Virus record (IMG/VR): IMGVR_UViG_3300024249_000002
Span: 1 to 44,197 of that record
Length of the DNA stretch: 44,197 nucleotides
From: a virus
Lineage: Duplodnaviria > Caudoviricetes
Direction: 5' to 3' (one strand)
Shown: positions 44,174 to 44,197 of the stretch, one piece after another
Layout of the letters: every line of letters begins with the position of its first letter
How positions within the stretch are numbered: the first letter of the stretch is position 1
Program-made: the position numbers and the translations under genes
Notes under the pieces: generated by a model
What the model was told of the DNA's origin: nothing
Database searches by the model: none
Seen by the model: only the letters and a program-made list of their open reading frames with translations

Positions 44174-44197
44174 GGCTCGCGCCTCCCTAGACTGTAG
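44174..44197 (+). repeat. Terminal direct repeat, right copy
   Basis: Identical to 1-24. Confidence 0.95.

Larger units (their letters stand above)
1..44197. mobile_element. Complete temperate tailed phage genome (contractile tail, Mu-like head/tail genes, tyrosine integrase)
   Basis: Terminase, portal, protease, capsid, sheath, tube, tape measure, baseplate, integrase, repressor and primase-helicase are all present; the terminal 24-nt repeat implies a circular contig. Confidence 0.95.

Overview
The window looks like a complete, circularly assembled ~44.2-kb GC-rich temperate myovirus genome: the first 24 nt are repeated at the end. The minus-strand left arm (196-10861) carries small accessory genes, a kinase, a DNA methyltransferase, a RuvC-like resolvase, an AT-rich putative origin and a TOPRIM/DUF927 primase-helicase. 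A divergent cro/cI-like switch lies at ~10.4-11.6 kb. A plus-strand early operon follows (PD-(D/E)XK nuclease, SSB-like protein, RecD2-like helicase split into two genes), then a tyrosine integrase with a probable attP. A minus-strand Mu-like head and contractile-tail module runs from 22.4 to 43.7 kb. The standout feature is at 16689-18432: a 543-nt array of GGY-NN pentamers, cut into 10 segments by a fixed GGCAA-GGCA delimiter, directly upstream of a stand-alone Cas7/RAMP-like gene and a translationally coupled partner gene. This suggests a phage-encoded RNA-guided system whose information sits in the variable dinucleotides. Read as NN-x-NN-x, two segments nearly match one in-frame site of this phage's own packaging operon, which would fit targeting of related competitor phages. 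All product calls come from motif recognition by eye; no database searches were run. A Myxococcota-like host is only a guess.
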